From the NCBI GenBank assembly GCA_964199315.1, contig OZ116704.1:29946001-30010000 (forward strand): a stretch of DNA of 64,000 nt. Reading direction: 5' to 3'. Each line of letters begins with the position of its first letter. Positions within the stretch are counted from its first letter, which is position 1. Origin of the DNA: Orbicella franksi. Taxonomy: Eukaryota. This document shows positions 60,319-64,000 of the stretch, one piece after another. The notes beneath the pieces were generated by a model. That model ran no database searches. It saw only the letters and a list, made by a program, of their open reading frames with translations, and was not told the origin of the DNA. The position numbers and the translations under genes are program-made.

Positions 60319-62849
60319 TGTCTTTGATAAAAGAATATAAAACTGACTAAGTTATATGAAGTTACGTTACGTTAAGTTGATCATGAGTAATAAAATGTCA
60401 TATGAATGCGTTTCAAGGCTAATTTAAATTCCCGCGCCGCTCTGAAGCGCTTTGGCAAAGCTACTTCACATGCTAGGTAAAAAAAAAAAAAGAAAAAAAT
60501 GGTTATGTTACTACTAATAATTATATTAATACCACTTGCTTTGTTTGAGGAATTGAAATTTATGGCCCCCACTTATGTTGACAATTTATCAGGTGACCCT
60601 ATTTAAAGCGGGGGCTTTATTAAATTCCCCCCTCCACTCCGAAGCGTCAAGAATATTTCAGCAAATCATGATAATTAAAAATTAGATTATGACCTCGAGA
60701 TTTCTATGAGGCGATAGTTGATGAGGACGAAGGCTGATTCAACTACCGCCTCATGGAAATCGAGCGAATAACCGAATTGTTTTGGGAGAATTCTGCAATA
60801 AATACTCTATTCTAAGGGATGAATTTTAAAGAAAAATAGAGCATATCGTTCAGACTTTTAAACAGTTATCTTCAATACAAGCCATCGTCAAACTTACGAC
60901 TCATACACGTCATTATATTAGTATTCAATTAGCAAAATCATTTCATCTTCCTTTGATCTACGCCATATCCTATTTTCAAATCAAACCGATGTAACTTGAG
61001 TGCTATATCATAACCTTATTAATCTTCACGATAATCATTACTGTTTTAGTTTTAGTTTACAAAAGCATTTACAACACTCTGTGTATTTATGGTCATGCAA
61101 ATAAAGCTAGTTGTTGCTGTCGGGCGAGCAATTACTAGTGCGTCGAATATTTTTTTCACACTTATTTTTGAGACAAAAATGACTAAGAACTGTACTTTTA
61201 TACCAATTTTGTCATAGCTCCTATCTGCGAACAGAAGTCTCTATCCTAAGATATGCATTGGGGATTCTCGAAATCAAACGCTGAACTCTCACTCCTAACT
61301 GAAAAAAGCTGCAAAAATGAAGCGAGAAAAAAAATTATGTAGATAACTCTATTAAAGACTGGTGAAGGCTAGAGTCAGAAAACGGGAGAGAAATGGTAAA
61401 GTTAAAAGCCAGAAAAAACTACAGATGGATTGTTGGTGGGTACTCTCAAAATTGTGATGGTAAACTAATGGTGTCATGGTTCTTAAATCCTTCCCTCTTT
61501 TTCTTCAACTCCTACAACTAGTTTTCTGGTGGGAGTCCTTGTCCCATCCAATCCCACATGCGTCACGGACAACGAAACGAACTCAAAATTCCAAAAGAAG
61601 AGCAAACCAACTGAAGGTGAAATGGCATATCCATGACGTGGCATGGCATCCTAGACTTGTGCTATACTTTCTCACAACCACTCTAAGGTTTGCTGGATCA
61701 TTCTCCGATATAAAATAGGAATTTCTCAATTTTATTCACACAGAATGGCCTCGTATAGGTTTCAATTAAATTTACAAAAATAAATTGTAAAAATTGTTGT
61801 CCCACCTTAGAAACCATTTTAGAAACAAAAACACTGCTGGAGTATTAAACAACACCTTGATAAACCAAAGAGTAAGAAAGGAATCTTTAGAACATAAAAA
61901 TACTATCATTTTTTAAGTTACTTCTAGATATTGACGCTAGCAGTAAGCAATTTGAATCTGGTCGGGCTCTCAGTTTAAAATACTTCATGCGAACTTGTTG
62001 TATTCAGCGGAGGTTAAAGGAGGGAGTTTACTGAAAGAAAATAAATTGGTTCGTTTGCCTAGAGCCGCTGGTGGATTGAATTGAAAGAAGATATCATGAT
62101 AGCACCTAGCTGCTAACAACGTAAAATCTGGTGACAAGAAAACTTACTGTTTAGGGTCTTCTAACTGAATGTCTTCTCGTCAAATTCTCTTCTGAGGTAG
62201 ACCAAAACCTTCTCAACAGGGTCGTTCCCGGTGGAAACTGAATTTTGTCTTTTGCTTTGTCTCTTTTTAAAGAAGACCTAACACTAAAACAATTGCATGC
62301 GATATTGACAGCTGTTAGTTTGACGAAAAGGCACATTATTGAAGCTCCAGCTACATCTGCCATGACTTCCTGACACTTGAAGAACCTAAAACTGCGCATG
62401 TCCAGCTACATTTGTCGAGGGTAGCCTTCCTAATATTTGCTTAACGGAAAATTTTCGTCCAGCGAATTTATCCTTGTTATAGAGACCTTAAGAAAAGCAA
62501 GACCATCCAGAAAGAGAGTCAAGAAAAACAACCATTCTTGCATTCCAAATGTCATGTTTCAGGCTAATGTTGTGCGCGAAAATTACGTTCAAACATTACA
62601 GTTGCGAACAAAAGAGGACACAAGGCGACGAAGTCGGGTTGACCTGGCAAGTTTGTCATCTGCTACTAGGGGAATTACCTTTGCAGTTCAGAAATGTTCT
62701 TGATTAAACCTGAGCTCCAAAAGAACAAAATGTGACAATTAAATACAACTTAACAAATAACAAAAACAGCTTTGTCACGTTATAGGGAATTTCAAGCAAA
62801 CACGTTAATGGATAGGTACAAATTGGTGGTATCGAAACTAAGAGCTTAA

Positions 62850-64000
62850 GAGTGAGTCCATGAGCAAACCAGGTAGAACCAGGCAATAGGTAATTTAGCT
62901 CAAATCACCAATTTTGATCAAATTTGACACAAATGTTGGGTTTGGCGAGTGAGTAATTACGGCAAAAAAGTAGGTCAAATATCTTACTCCCTTCAGGTTA
63001 TAAGGACCCACTGCAAAAATGGTCATTTGACACTAATTTATGCATATCTTTAACAGGTAACTGCAAATACACATTCTTCTAGCATAGATAGTGAGAGCAA
63101 TCACTAGAGTTCTCAAAAAAGCCATAAAATGTTAGGGGACTTCGATATTTGTTCTGCGCTGGCGTACTGTTTACATAGTGCTTTACGATTTATCACTATT
63201 TCATGAACATCCACTGAAACGCCAAAGCCACTTTTCTGTCTTCACCCAACTCTAAATCACTAAGAAATAACCAGTTGAACATTTTCCTATCGATTAAAAG
63301 TAAAAATTCGGTAAAAAGAACCTCTTTACGCACTTCTTTCAAATATTTTCGGAGCTATATATTTTGTGGCATTATCACGATATCGAGATATAAATTGGGC
63401 AGCAGGAAATTCAACTCAGAAGCTCCCTCAACTTACGCTTTCAGGTTTAAAATTCAATGGAAGGAAAAATAAATACTACATACATGTCACTTAGACGCGA
63501 TTCTGTGCCACAAAATATAACTCCAAAAAGATTTGAAAGCAATTTTTACTCGTAATCGATAGAAAATGCTAAGCTAGTTATTTCTTGGTGATTTAGAGTT
63601 GGGTTAAGACAGAAAAATGGCCAGAAAAAAAAAATTTAGAAGTCTCCAATCATTTTATGGCTTTGGTAGAATAATGGTTCGGCTTGGTAGAATATCTATT
63701 TGCTGTTGGCCGTTGCAGATATTTGCCATCAATTAAAGGCTATTCACAACACTGCAAAATTTGTACCTTACTTAAGATGGAGCCGAGAGATAAATCAAAT
63801 TGCCTAATTTAAATGAATATCTGTACTTTGAGATTGATATATTTTCAGATGGCCTTTCTTGTTGTAGAAATACTAAACCAAAGACAGCCAGTTAAATTTG
63901 CATAAATTAGTGTCAAATGGCCATTTTTGCAGGGGTCCCCATAACTCGAAGGGAATAAAATATTTTGACCTACTGTTTTGCCACAATCACTCCCTCACCG
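62850..64000. mobile_element. TTAA-inserted long-TIR element (Kolobok-like), right end beyond the window
   Basis: TTAA at 62846-62849 then GAGTGAG; ~62945-63060 is inverted at ~63890-64000; inner inverted pair ~63230-63310 / ~63540-63620; paralogous empty site at 48636-48639. Confidence 0.75.

Overview
AT-rich animal genomic DNA with GT-AG introns; gene and repeat content suggest a cnidarian, probably a stony coral (inference). I reconstructed four spliced protein-coding genes by hand, all on the minus strand, which the ORF track shows only in part. (1) A 7-exon TPR protein (15287 to <1). Its last visible exon is a stop-free array of 16 x 40-aa TPR repeats that looks like a 120-bp satellite, and it runs off the window. 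(2) A complete 5-exon, 268-aa type I membrane protein with one TSP1 repeat (29815-25645). (3) A secreted 1062-aa three-domain multicopper oxidase (laccase-like) carrying two tandem PLAT/LH2-like domains at its N-terminus (41608-33296). (4) Its 760-aa tandem paralog with the same leader exons but no PLAT domains (60318-55009). Introns and intergenic DNA are rich in mobile elements: four TTAA-targeted elements with purine-purine termini (Kolobok-like), one a deletion derivative keeping the 5' ends of a THAP ORF and a KolX-like ORF; Penelope-like and CR1/L2-like retroelement relics; a RecQ-like helicase relic; MITEs; tRNA- and 5S-derived repeats; and a mirror-arranged family of ~1-kb repeats. The strongest candidate for novelty is the PLAT-PLAT-laccase and its PLAT-less twin. 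All domain calls come from motif recognition; no database searches were run.
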